A stretch of DNA of 64,000 bases from Schizochytrium sp. TIO01 (GCA_004764695.1 SMSO01000031.1:7980761-8044760); one strand, 5' to 3'. Counted from the stretch's first letter, positions 12,488-23,488 are shown. The notes: generated from the sequence alone by a model not told the origin. Made by a program: numbers and translations.

Positions 12488-13522
12488 ATGGCAGCCATCA
12501 ATTGGTTCCCAGGCCACATGCACAAGGCGCGGCTGGAGATCGCGACGCAGATGCGGCGTGTGAAGCTTGTGATCGAGGTTCTTGATGCGAGAGCGCCCTT
12601 CAGCAGCGAAAACCCACTCGTACCACAGCTGAGGGGTTCTACACCATACCTGAAAGTCCTTAACAAATCTGATCTTGCTGACCCTGAAGTGACGAAGCGC
12701 TGGATAGACCATCTTTCCGCAGAAAGTGGTGTGGAGGCAATTGCGGCAAGGGCAACGAACTCTGAAGAAGCTCGAAAAGTTCTTGCTCGAGGCGAAGAAC
12801 TTCTTGGCTCCAACAGTGACAAAGCCTCGCTCGTAATGATTTTGGGCATCCCAAACGCAGGGAAGTCCACGCTTATCAATGCCATGGCAGGCAAGCAAAT
12901 CTGCCGCACAGAAAATAGGCCTGCAGTGACTCAGCGACAGCAGAGAATTGTTCTCTCAAAGCGCGTTACATTGCTTGATACACCTGGATTTTTATGGCCA
13001 AGGTTATCTCCGAATGACTGTGCATACCGACTTGCAATCTGTGGCTCGATCAAAGATGGCATATTTAGCTACGATGTCGCTGCGCAGTATCTTGCAAAGT
13101 ACTTTGCAAGAATGAAACCAGAGGCATTCGGGGCATACGACATTAAAAGCGAGGATTTGCCCAAGATCCCAGAAGAATATGGGGATGACGAGACTAAGGT
13201 GAATGAGGTACTTTCGACGGAATGGTATCGTAACACTATGAGTAAGATTGCAGAAAAACGGAACTTGCTGTCAAAAGGTGGCGTTCCAGATATTGACAGA
13301 GCTGCTGAGATCTTTGTTCGTGATTTCCGCAAGGGAAGCTTAGGCAGAATCACCCTTGAGACTCCTGAAATGGTAGCAACTGATGAGTACCAACTTGGAA
13401 AGATTGACGGCGCTCGCACTGGCGCGGATCGACGTGGAGAACGTCGTGATGAGCGCCGCAGGCTTCGAAAAGCTGCGCTGAAGCAAAACAAGAAGGATGC
13501 AGCTGGTAAGATTCGCTTATAG
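12488..13522 (+). CDS. ylqF: Ribosome biogenesis GTPase RbgA/YlqF (circularly permuted GTPase, Mtg1 family), 344 aa
   Basis: N-terminal WFPGHM signature, IEVLDARAP, G4 NKSD before G1 GIPNAGKS, G3 DTPG, C-terminal LGRITLE. Single open exon. Confidence 0.93.
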   Translation: MAAINWFPGHMHKARLEIATQMRRVKLVIEVLDARAPFSSENPLVPQLRGSTPYLKVLNKSDLADPEVTKRWIDHLSAESGVEAIAARATNSEEARKVLARGEELLGSNSDKASLVMILGIPNAGKSTLINAMAGKQICRTENRPAVTQRQQRIVLSKRVTLLDTPGFLWPRLSPNDCAYRLAICGSIKDGIFSYDVAAQYLAKYFARMKPEAFGAYDIKSEDLPKIPEEYGDDETKVNEVLSTEWYRNTMSKIAEKRNLLSKGGVPDIDRAAEIFVRDFRKGSLGRITLETPEMVATDEYQLGKIDGARTGADRRGERRDERRRLRKAALKQNKKDAAGKIRL

Positions 13523-14294
13523 AGGTGGTATTTACGCGCATATTGTTTGCTAAGCTATTTGCGTTTGGAGCTTTGCAAACACCTAAATTTTGTAGATTAC
13601 CTGCACACCTACATTGATTTCTCTGGGACGGCTTGGTAGCAAAGAAAAACTGAAACCTACAGGATTCTTGATTTATTAAATTATTTGACGCGTATTGCTA
13701 GTCTTTGCGAAGATACACTTGCCTTGAAAATACTTCAACACAGACACGCCATGCGCATGTGTGTTAATAAAATAAAATAAAATGTATCTAGTAGCACTGT
13801 CATCAGTTTTTTTTTTGTAACCCATTGTTGGCAAGTTTATAGTTGAGCTCTTACTCATGGAAAGGATTGATTGGAGCGTGGTGACCGTGAATCCCGCAGT
13901 TGATTACCACGTAAGTAACATTTAAATGATCATATATAAGAAAAGCTGTGCGTCTCAAATACATTGATATATCGCAAGCAAAGGTTTGATGCATATTTAT
14001 TTCCTTCTGTTAATGTAAAAAGGATGCTATTTAATGGAACAGGGTGCTCCGATTTCAAGCAAAATGGCATGATAAAGTTAAATAAAATAAAAAACCAAGA
14101 AATTGTTGATTCGTGTGGTAGATAAAAGACAAAGTTCTTTTTTGATGTTAGCAATCGTATTTGATTCCCAGAAGGCTAGATTATATTATATTGAGCTATG
14201 CTGAGCAGTTGGAGGCCGCACAAAAGGTCCAGTGGGTGACGCAGAGCCAAAAGACAAGAAATGTCTGAAAAGGATAATACTATGAGAAATAAGT

Positions 14295-15953
14295 TTAGTT
14301 AGCACGGCCAATGCGACGCCTCGAACCGCCCTGCTCATCCTCTTCTTCTTCTTCCTCCTCCTCCTCTTCTTCCTCCTCGTCGTCGTTATTTTCTTCCTCG
14401 TCTTCATCGAGGTCCTTCTCGTCATCGCCGTCAATGTCGTCTTCGTCGTCATCCGGGAGCATATCATCATCATCCTTCTTGTGCAAGGCATCTTCGTCAT
14501 CATCCAAGCTAGGGCGCATGCAAGTGAGGAAAAAGGCAATAAGAAGACCCATGGCGCCCAAGGCTGCAGCGGCGCCAACAATGAGGGGCGACTCCTCATA
14601 AATAGCCATAGCCTGATCAATGTATTCACCAAGGTGCCACATGACAATGCCTTGAACAGTGCCCTTATTGTACTCCTCGAGACGTCCATCCTTAGCGGCC
14701 TTGGCGGCATCCTCCTTAACCTTGGCAATTTCTGCACCCTGTTTGGCAAGGAAGACGCTTTGCACAAAGTCCTCGGCTTCCTCGATGTCATTTCCGATCA
14801 TGATATTATCAAAACGAATGCCCTTATCGTTGGCAAGAATCTCAATGGCAACAGCGCCCACAGGCTTGAGGGTGGTGATCGGGCTGGCTACCTCAAAGTA
14901 TGCCGGGTTAGGAATGAGACGCGGAGCCCATTCGCCCTTGTAGTCAGGGTTATCGATCAGAGGTGCAGACCACTTACCCTTGTAGTTCGGGTTCTTGATC
15001 TCAGGAGCCTTCCACTCGCCACAGCCAGGTCCCTCTACGCACTTGGGGTTAGCCACGAGAGGTGCCTCCCAAATACCATCGTCCTCTTCATCCCAGTCCT
15101 CAGGTTGAGTTGCTGCAGGGTCAGGGATCTGCATTGGTTCGTCATCGAGCCAGCCTTCGGGTTTGATTGCATCGGGATCCGGAATCTTGACCGGAGCCTC
15201 TTCATCCCAATCATCAGGCTTGGTAGCCTCGGGATCCGGGATTTTGGCCTTGTCTACCCAGTCGCTGGGTTTCTTGTCATCAGGGTCGCTGATCTCCTTG
15301 GGCTGCTGAAAGGGCGGCTTGAAGTCATCGTCGTCCGTGAGGGATCCAGACGCCTCAACCTTGCCGTCGACCTTGACCTTGAACGAGTTGTCAGGGTATA
15401 CCTCGAGCGTGTAGATGTGGGATGTGCGATCGCGCTTCGAGGACACGGTCTTAGTCATGTGCTTCTCCTCCCATTCGCCTGTGACGGGATTCTCCTGGCG
15501 AAAGATAAGGTGTACCTTGTTGTTAGATCCACAGTTGTCAGGACCAAACATGATTGAGTATGGAGTTGCTTCTGCGAGGTCTTCTGGTACATACTCTTCG
15601 TCAGTGACGAGGAGCTTGAGGTAAGATCCACTGCAGGTCACGCCTTCCGTGAAGCGGACTTCGTACTGGGCTACAAAAGGTTCGCCTTCGCCGACAGCAA
15701 CCGCCTTCTCAAGTTTGCGAGAAATTCCGTAGAATTTGTGGGGTTTGATAGTCTGGAGTCCAACATCGCCGTTATCGTCAAGTGCGAAATCCCACTCGGA
15801 GCCATCGTAGCGCTCGGAGGTGCTCTTGACCCAGTCCTTTGAGGCTCCGGCATGGTCGAAGCTCTCCACAAAATTGTGGGTCCCATCGCCGTCGACGGAC
15901 ACAACCGCGAGGCATGCCACGCCCACGAGGGCCAGAAATCCCGGAGTCTGCAT
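14295..15953 (-). CDS. CANX: Calnexin (ER lectin chaperone), 552 aa
   Basis: Signal peptide, lectin motifs (CSGSYLKLL, YSIMFGPDNCG), P-domain repeats (IPDPxAxKPxDWDE, GxWxAPxIxNPxYKG), one TM helix, acidic tail and Arg-rich C-terminus (SRRRIGRAN). A 5'-UTR intron at about 16259-15976 (GTAAGT...TTGTAG) is likely. Confidence 0.96.
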   Translation of the reverse strand: MQTPGFLALVGVACLAVVSVDGDGTHNFVESFDHAGASKDWVKSTSERYDGSEWDFALDDNGDVGLQTIKPHKFYGISRKLEKAVAVGEGEPFVAQYEVRFTEGVTCSGSYLKLLVTDEEYVPEDLAEATPYSIMFGPDNCGSNNKVHLIFRQENPVTGEWEEKHMTKTVSSKRDRTSHIYTLEVYPDNSFKVKVDGKVEASGSLTDDDDFKPPFQQPKEISDPDDKKPSDWVDKAKIPDPEATKPDDWDEEAPVKIPDPDAIKPEGWLDDEPMQIPDPAATQPEDWDEEDDGIWEAPLVANPKCVEGPGCGEWKAPEIKNPNYKGKWSAPLIDNPDYKGEWAPRLIPNPAYFEVASPITTLKPVGAVAIEILANDKGIRFDNIMIGNDIEEAEDFVQSVFLAKQGAEIAKVKEDAAKAAKDGRLEEYNKGTVQGIVMWHLGEYIDQAMAIYEESPLIVGAAAALGAMGLLIAFFLTCMRPSLDDDEDALHKKDDDDMLPDDDEDDIDGDDEKDLDEDEEENNDDEEEEEEEEEEEEEDEQGGSRRRIGRAN

Positions 15954-17050
15954 CCTTACTTAACTTGACGTTGCTCTACAAAGGCGCAGTGATCCAGCCA
16001 AACCAACTAGCCGAGACAATAGCAAAGATACCTAGCTAGCAAACCTTTTCAGCCGAAGCACGTCCACTCCCAGCAGTCAGTCAGTCAGTCAGGCAGTCCA
16101 GCCTCCGCTCGTTATGCACGCGTCCGTGTCTCGCCCCTGTCCCGCTCGAGAGTCCACGTTCGAGGTTTGCCGAAGTCGAGAGTGAGAAGAAGAAAAGGAC
16201 CCCAACTTTCGAGTCGCCTTATTCTTCCTCCTCCTTCTTCTTCTCAACTACTCACTTACTACCGCTATCTAAGAGCTAGCCAGCCTGCTGTTCTTTCTTC
16301 CTCTCGAGGAGCCCATGTCCGCAGAAGAGGGCTCCACGCCTTCGCGCAAGCTCCTCGCGTCCGCCTCGGCGGGGGTCTCCGTCTCCACGCCCGTTTCGAA
16401 TTTGCTGCCGCAGCTTTGGAGATCTCCAATTTCAAATCCTCGAATCCAAAATTCAAAATTCAAAATTCAAACCATTTGAATCTCAGATTTCAAACCAATT
16501 CGAGCGATTCAAATCGGCCTAAGGTCTGCCTACTCTCTGCTAGCAACTACTGGAATTCAAAAATCGAAAGAAGTCGCCTTCTTCGAAATTCAAAATCCTT
16601 CATCATATCATCATAATCCAAATCAATCAAAGGGATTCAAATCGGAAAAAAATCGACGGTTGGAAACTACAGAAAGGGCTAACAGTACCCTAGCAACTGC
16701 TACTGCTACTGTGAATACGGCAAGTAGGGAAAAATGGTAGGAGTAATGTTTGATTTTTTGTTTTATTTTTCAAACAAAGAAAGAAAGAAAGGAAGAAAGA
16801 AAGAACTTGAAAGCCAAAACGAGAAAGATACCTTTCTTTGCGAAATCCATCGATCGATGAAGCAACCGAGCGGCCTCTGCCGCTCCGCCAAGGGTCAGGA
16901 AGGCAGCGGAGGGTGAGCGCCGCGTAATATCGATATTACGGACCTTCACACGCGCCTCCTGCAGGCCTGCCCACCCGCCCGCTCGGCCTTCCCTCACCTC
17001 CATCCCTGCCTCGAGGACCTGCCAGACTGGAGCGAAAGGGCCGCTCAAAG

Positions 17051-17114
17051 AAAGATCGAAAGATCGAAAGAACGAAAGAACGAAAGAACGCGAAAGAACG
17101 CGAAAGAACGAACG
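17051..17114. repeat. Degenerate tandem minisatellite with 8-10 bp units (CGAAAGAT / CGAAAGAA / CGCGAAAGAA)
   Basis: Directly visible tandem units. Confidence 0.75.
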
Positions 17115-19665
17115 TTCCTCGATTGCCGTAGCACCTTCTACCTCTAGTATAAGTAGATAGCTATACAGATACCTAAGAGATTAGCTGGCATCTAAGAGTA
17201 GTGCCTATGTGTTAACGGCAGAGAGAGAAGAAGTCTCGAAGCCTGGAGGTCAGAACACCTGGAACGCAGAGGACAGGTTCCGGATGTTCCGGGTAACATG
17301 GAACTTGTGGAACATATGGAAGTTGTGGAACATAGTGCATGGGAACACGGTGATGGCTATTAGTTTGGAGAGGTGATAGCAGGTTGAAGGAGCGTTGGGA
17401 TTGAAGAATGATGGCGGGAGGGCTTAAAGGGGGAAGGAAAGGCGTGGTTGGTTTGACGAGGGTTTGACTGATTCAAGAATAATGGGTGTATTTTAGGAGG
17501 AATATGCTGGGCAGGAGTTTGCTTGTGTTTATTTATTGGAAAGGTCTGATGGTCAAGTTGGAGAGCGAGATATGGAGATTTGCAGACTGGGGAACATTTC
17601 AAAATGCAATCAGCACGAACCACTTTTGATTTTGCAGCATTGCAGGACCTTCAATAAGGTCAAGGTTCTCAGAGAAAAAACCACAGATACCCCAAAAAAC
17701 TAGGGTATTCGCCTGCTGGAAGGTACACACACTGCTTGACCTGGAGCCGAGATTCTCAGTAGCTTTTCAGGTGCCAATTAAGATAGATCCTTACCCCCAA
17801 TCGACGAAAGAAGCCTCGGCCTAACCAAATAGAGCACCTAGGCGTCATTGCAGAATCTGGAGAAATTTTACATCTGCTACTTGAGTTTGACGGAAAATTC
17901 GCTATGGCAGGTATGCATGTGCATGATACACGATCAAGATCTGTCTGCATGCCATAGGTACTATCCTTACTCATGAGAGAGGGTTTACAGTCAGCTATAG
18001 GCTCAACAGGCAAAGCATGCGCCTCATGTTGCTGTTGAGGCATTTTCATAGTCTCGTCAAGGTCTCGAGTGTCATGCTTTAGTCCCCTTAGATTTAGGCA
18101 TTCTTTTAGGGAGCCAGGAATAGTTGCTCCCTTTTAAGATTGTGCTCAAGTCAGAGCTGGGCTTTTCAGCTTGCTTTGCTTACTTCCTTGCTTGCTTGCT
18201 TGCTTGCATGAACACCTCATGAGAAGGAGAATTACACCACCAATAGCCTGCACAGCGGTATATACATAGAATCTGAGATTCCTGCAGATCGTCGCTCATA
18301 AGGTCTACTTCAGAGCTGACCGGAGATCGTATTGACAAAGAAACCAATCCATTCACACAAGTTAATCCATTGACTCGTTCCAACTCACTTGTTCCACACA
18401 CCGCATCCTTGCCTCCTCCAGGTAGGAGTGAAAGCAGAAAACACCCTCCGCTCCTCTCCAATGATTCCCTTGTTCAAGACCACTCCTCTTCGTGCCACTA
18501 TCGTCTCGTGGGAACTTAACCTTGCTGCTCGCAGAACATGTGAATCTCCAATTGAATCAGAAGACCATTATACTAGAGATTATATCAAGTTCATGTATGG
18601 CGAGAGAAATTGTTTTTAAAACTCAGGGGTCATTTGTTGGGGGGCATAGCGGACGTTTACACCAGGGATTTACTTACTTTCCTCGCTTAAGGAAAGGCTA
18701 GAGTGTCGCAACACCCCCAAAGAATCCCATAATGAACCCTTAGCGGTCAGCGCCAAAGCACTGCATAATAGCGCCTTGGAAAAGTTGGTTGGGAGATCAT
18801 AGGCAGTACTTAAAGCTCACAGACCCACAAACCTTTCAACGGTAGCACCAGCGGCTGCATCGAAGATCTCCACAGCAGCTAGTTGTGAAGGCAAGGTCCC
18901 AGGGGCTGCCATATCGAACCAAAGACGCCCCACGCTGCGGTTGTATTGAGCAACCTGGCGTGAGAAGGGAAATTGCCGCGATCTTGTGGGCCTGAAAGTC
19001 ATATTGATGAAGCACGCGCGGACGTACGTATGTAAGGACATACGTTGAAGCCTTTCTCAAGAACGAAAAACTTTCTCCAAATCGAGATTCTGAACAAATC
19101 CAAAACGCACAGATTGGCTTGCCTGCGGTATTCGTACGTAATCTCATTGTCATTTGAGATTGTGAATCAACTTGACTTTGGGGTAACTCAACTGGCTTGA
19201 CATTGGAAGTAGCCATTAAAAAAAAAAAACGACAGGCTGAGAGCACCTCGAAGCAAAGGTGTCTGAGCACATATATTGTTGTTCGCCCATGTATGCAAAG
19301 GACACCTTGCAAACGTACGAAACGCGAGACAAATCACAAAAGACGCCTCAATTAGAAGAAGAGACATCAGGCGGTTTGATCGACGGTAAATTAGCCTACA
19401 CTCGCAGACACTGCAGCGAGGATCACACATCACTCAGAATTGACACAAACTTTGCAGATACACCTGCAGCGAATGCAGCGGAGACCCACCTATCTTTGTT
19501 GTCCGGCCAACCTCGACATATCCGACGCACATTAACACCGGATTTTACGAGGTATCCGAGCAGACCACATCACGTGCTTCGAAAAAACTCAGACCCGCAG
19601 ACAATCACCTCACAGTATTTTTTGGTGACTCTCAAACAGAGGTTTCCCCTACAACAATAAGAGAA

Positions 19666-20979
19666 ATGACGAACAGCTCCAAGTCACCCTCTAGTGCACA
19701 TTATTATAATGGCGAAAGGAGAAGACGTTCAAGTTCTTCAAATCGTGCTTTCATAAACGACTTTGTTGGAGCCCAAGAACTCCACTTGCGGACGACTCGA
19801 AATTATTCTTCCGAAGAGGAGACCGGAACTATGACGCCATCCAGTAGACGCACTAGTGCAACTGACTCCGACATTACAATTGGCGTTTTTGACGAGACCA
19901 ATGGGCAACGTAGACAATTGACGGCACTAGAACGGCGGGGGAAATTCTGGCAACGCGTTCGCACCCGACGTATGGGAGCTATCGGATTGCTCATGGTTAT
20001 AGTTGTATGCATGATTATGTACCTTTTCATGTGGTTACGGCCAGAAATCTTAGGCAAGGACGTTTCAACATTACTTTTTGCAAAATCATGCATGGTCCTT
20101 GATTCGTGGAATCTGGAGGTCGCTGGAAATGCAAATCGTATTGAGAGTCTCCTGATAGCATTGAAGCTGACCCAACGCAAAGGCTACAACTATCTTGCGG
20201 TTGATGATGTCTGGCAAAAGTGGATCTGCAAAACATACAGTGACCAGTCTATCCTTGCTATGCAAGATATTGTCTCGCTTGTCCCTTTAGATGAACCGTA
20301 TTCGACACCGTCATGCCTTTCTTTTCAATTGCTGCACAAGCGTGCAATACGGGAGCCTTTGCTTGACTCTTGCGAAGAAGGATGGAGCCACTCCTCATTC
20401 TTTCGCTATCTTCGATACCATGACAATGATTTGGTGTCTCTGCAAGATTGGAAGTTTATGGCACCTACTGGACGGCACAGTCATGAAGTGGCCATCCGTA
20501 ATATTGAGACTATGCGAAAAGAGCACGATTCAAAAAAGCTAGTAGCAGCTCATAAACGCTGGCTTTCGCGCATCTGTCACCAGATCAAGGACCTGACTCA
20601 GCTCCCTTCATTCCCCCCTGAAGAAGTATATTGTCACCTTACACCGGAATTAATTTTAGCGCACCTTGCGCAAGTTGGTTTGCGTGAAGAGGATGTTTAC
20701 ATACGAATGAGCTCTGATAACCTGGTCCCTGAGGAGGATGCCAAAATCAAATGGGATTTTGAGGGTGATGATGTGCCCTTTATGCAACAAGTTTGGTTCT
20801 GGGTTTATGCCGATGTTTTTATTGGGAACCCTTCGTCTACCATCGACCAAGCAGCGTGCCGGTGGCGTACATTATTTTGTGAGGACTGCAAGCCGTGTCT
20901 GCCGCTTACTTTGTGGGAAACGGCTCACTCTGGATTTAAAAGCCTGCCATCGAGTAAAACAGCAAAGAGCAAACCATGA
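19666..20979 (+). CDS. Type II membrane glycosyltransferase, GDP-fucose O-fucosyltransferase-like, 437 aa
   Basis: Cytosolic N-tail, one TM helix (IGLLMVIVVCMIMYLFMWL), then VAAHKRW (HxR motif), YIRMSSD and ADVFIGNPSSTI, matching the conserved motifs of O-FucT/GT65/GT68-like enzymes. Confidence 0.72.
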   Translation: MTNSSKSPSSAHYYNGERRRRSSSSNRAFINDFVGAQELHLRTTRNYSSEEETGTMTPSSRRTSATDSDITIGVFDETNGQRRQLTALERRGKFWQRVRTRRMGAIGLLMVIVVCMIMYLFMWLRPEILGKDVSTLLFAKSCMVLDSWNLEVAGNANRIESLLIALKLTQRKGYNYLAVDDVWQKWICKTYSDQSILAMQDIVSLVPLDEPYSTPSCLSFQLLHKRAIREPLLDSCEEGWSHSSFFRYLRYHDNDLVSLQDWKFMAPTGRHSHEVAIRNIETMRKEHDSKKLVAAHKRWLSRICHQIKDLTQLPSFPPEEVYCHLTPELILAHLAQVGLREEDVYIRMSSDNLVPEEDAKIKWDFEGDDVPFMQQVWFWVYADVFIGNPSSTIDQAACRWRTLFCEDCKPCLPLTLWETAHSGFKSLPSSKTAKSKP

Positions 20980-21979
20980 TTAGACACTTCGCTATGTTAG
21001 AAAGCGAGTGCCTGCGAAGTCTTTCCAAAATTCAGTTATCTCTTTCTCACTTGGTAGACTGGAAGAGTGGCTTCGTTCTGTATCATTCTTTGCCTTCTTC
21101 TTTTTTCTTCCGCTCATGTGTGAAACGAGCTAACGGCATATAGGCTTGCGCTCTTACCTTTTAGTTTCCATTACTCTTTTGCTTGATTTTTATCACGCCA
21201 TTTTTTGTATTATGTATCTTTAGCTACGATGGAATTTGATACACCTTTTTCTTCAATGCTCAACTTGTAAAACTATCGTCTTTAGGAAGAAATCCATGAT
21301 TGAGTCCCATACAATAAAATGGACAAACCAAATTTTAAGGTACACAAATAAATACATGCATCCGAAATTCATATTTTCTCTGAAACATCCGTTATCTTCT
21401 TTCAATTATTGCAAAAAGAGAAGTTTTGTGTCATAGTTTTCATATTATTGAATATCGACTGGAAATTCGAAGCCAGCTCTAGGTTTATACAAACCAGAAG
21501 CTTGAGTTTTCTTTCTCTAGAATCTTTGAAACTCCTCCTCTTCCTGTAAAACATGCATCAGAAGTGAACTTTTTAGTGGCCAACTGGATAGGAGATAGGG
21601 CAACAACCTCCCCCGAAACCCACACACACAAACGGAGGGATTTCTTTGTCTGGAATGTGCCTCGCGTGACAAGATTGGATGCAACAAGATCTTTGAAACT
21701 AAGATATTGGAATAATATGTAAGAAGTGAGTTTTCAGATGTATTTACTTGTGTATTGAATGCGTACTGGTTTAGTTTGTAACGAGGGGGGGTAAAGGAAC
21801 CTGTGCTCTGAAGACAAGGAAGCAATGTTCAGACTTGGAGGAGACGGGCGGAGGAGGAAAAAGAGAAGTAAGTTCACGAGCGCCAATCGAACGATGCTAT
21901 ACACAGCAGGTTAATTTCCGTTTATGAAAAGGGAAGGTTGAGACGGCACGACGTGAGTTTCGCTCATCATGGCGACAAT

Positions 21980-23488
21980 TTACTGTGACGAGTTCTTGGA
22001 GGCACGGGTGATCACAAAAGCGCCAGCAACGATGCCCACGAGGGCAACGGCGACAGCGACGGCGTTCTTGGGCTCGGACAAGAATGACTTGGCCTTCTGC
22101 ACAACGTCAGAGCTGCTTCCAGCAGGTGTAGAGGCATCAGATCCAGCAGAGCGACCACCAAGGGCGCGGTGTCCAATATCCTTACGGTACTGCATGCCCT
22201 CAAACTTGATCTTACGCATACCGTTGTATGCAAGGAGAAGGGTCTCCTCAAGAGAGCGAGAGCATGCGCTCACAGAGAGCACACGGCCACCAGAGGTGAC
22301 AAGGGTCTTGTCATCAGTGCCAGCGAGGGCAGTTCCTGCATGGAAGACCTTGACTCCAGCGAAAGCATCAGCCTCGTCAATGCCAGTGATGGCCTTGCCC
22401 TTGGGGTAGCTTCCAGGGTAGCCAGCAGATGCGGCAACCACAGTGGCCGCAGAGTATCCCTGCTTGAACTCAATGTTGCCAGCCTCGGTGATATCTCCCT
22501 TAGCGCAGGCAAGCATGATCTTGTACAAATCAGAGTTGAGCAACATGAGCACTGCCTGGGTCTCAGGGTCTCCGAATCGGCAGTTGTACTCGAGCACCTT
22601 GGGTCCGTTGGAGGTGATCATGATACCGGTGTACAACAAACCCTGGAACGGAAATCCTTCCGCACGAGTGCCCTCGATGGTACGCTCCACAACATTCTTG
22701 CGCACAAAGGTCTCAAGCTCCTTTGTGAAGATTGGTGCCGGGCAGTATGCTCCCATGCCTCCAGTATTGGGGCCCTTGTCTCCATCGAAGATACGCTTGT
22801 GGTCCTGAGAAGCAGGCATGAGAACTACGCGCTGGCCGTCAGAAAAGGCAAAAACAGAGACCTCGGGACCGTCCATGAGCTCTTCAACGACAACCTCAGC
22901 GCCGGCCTCCTCACCAAACTCCTTATCGACCATGATGGTCTTGAGGGCATCGATGGCCTCCTGGGTGGTGTCCGGAAGAATAACACCCTTGCCAGCAGCA
23001 AGGCCAGAGGCCTTGACGACGACCTTGTGCTTGGTGGTCACCTCGCGCACGTAGTCTGAGGCAGCCTTGAAGTCCTTGAAGGATCGGTGCTCAGCAGTGG
23101 GAATGTTGTGGCGTACCATGAAGGCCTTGGAGAAGGCCTTGGAGCCCTCGAGGCGAGCGGCAAGCTTGGAAGGGCCGAAGCACGGGATCTTGGCCTCCGC
23201 GAGCACGTCGCAGAGACCGTCAACAAGAGGCTGCTCAGGGCCCACAACCACAAGCTCAACGTTGTTGTCCTGGCAGTACTTGACGACGGCCTCATTGTTG
23301 CTCACATCGAGAACGCTCTTGCTGATGTTCTGAATCTTGCTCGCATCGCCAGGCTTGCCAGCAGTGCCACCATTGCCGGGGGCCACGAGGACCTTGGAGA
23401 CCTGAGACGAGTGGCTCAGCTTCCATGCGATGGCGTGCTCACGACCGCCGCTGCCCACGACAAGCACAGTAGCTCCTTCGCCGCCCAT
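21980..23488 (-). CDS. purD: Phosphoribosylamine--glycine ligase (GAR synthetase), monofunctional, with a C-terminal TM extension (~502 aa)
   Basis: VLVVGSGGREHAIAW, VAPGNGG, VVGPEQPL, KASGLAAGKGV, QDHKR..D.GPNTGGMGAY, EYNCRFGDPETQ, VFHAGT, TSGGRVL, YRKDIG. The probable start is ATG 23488, preceded by an acceptor-like TACATAG that suggests a 5'-UTR intron; the track's 23647 start is not an ATG. Confidence 0.96.
   Translation of the reverse strand: MGGEGATVLVVGSGGREHAIAWKLSHSSQVSKVLVAPGNGGTAGKPGDASKIQNISKSVLDVSNNEAVVKYCQDNNVELVVVGPEQPLVDGLCDVLAEAKIPCFGPSKLAARLEGSKAFSKAFMVRHNIPTAEHRSFKDFKAASDYVREVTTKHKVVVKASGLAAGKGVILPDTTQEAIDALKTIMVDKEFGEEAGAEVVVEELMDGPEVSVFAFSDGQRVVLMPASQDHKRIFDGDKGPNTGGMGAYCPAPIFTKELETFVRKNVVERTIEGTRAEGFPFQGLLYTGIMITSNGPKVLEYNCRFGDPETQAVLMLLNSDLYKIMLACAKGDITEAGNIEFKQGYSAATVVAASAGYPGSYPKGKAITGIDEADAFAGVKVFHAGTALAGTDDKTLVTSGGRVLSVSACSRSLEETLLLAYNGMRKIKFEGMQYRKDIGHRALGGRSAGSDASTPAGSSSDVVQKAKSFLSEPKNAVAVAVALVGIVAGAFVITRASKNSSQ

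Noticed and set aside
14481-15557. 358-aa plus-strand ORF antisense to calnexin (likewise 22169-23059 and 23087-23677 antisense to purD)
   Set aside because: Shadow ORFs expected from strong codon bias on the coding strand.
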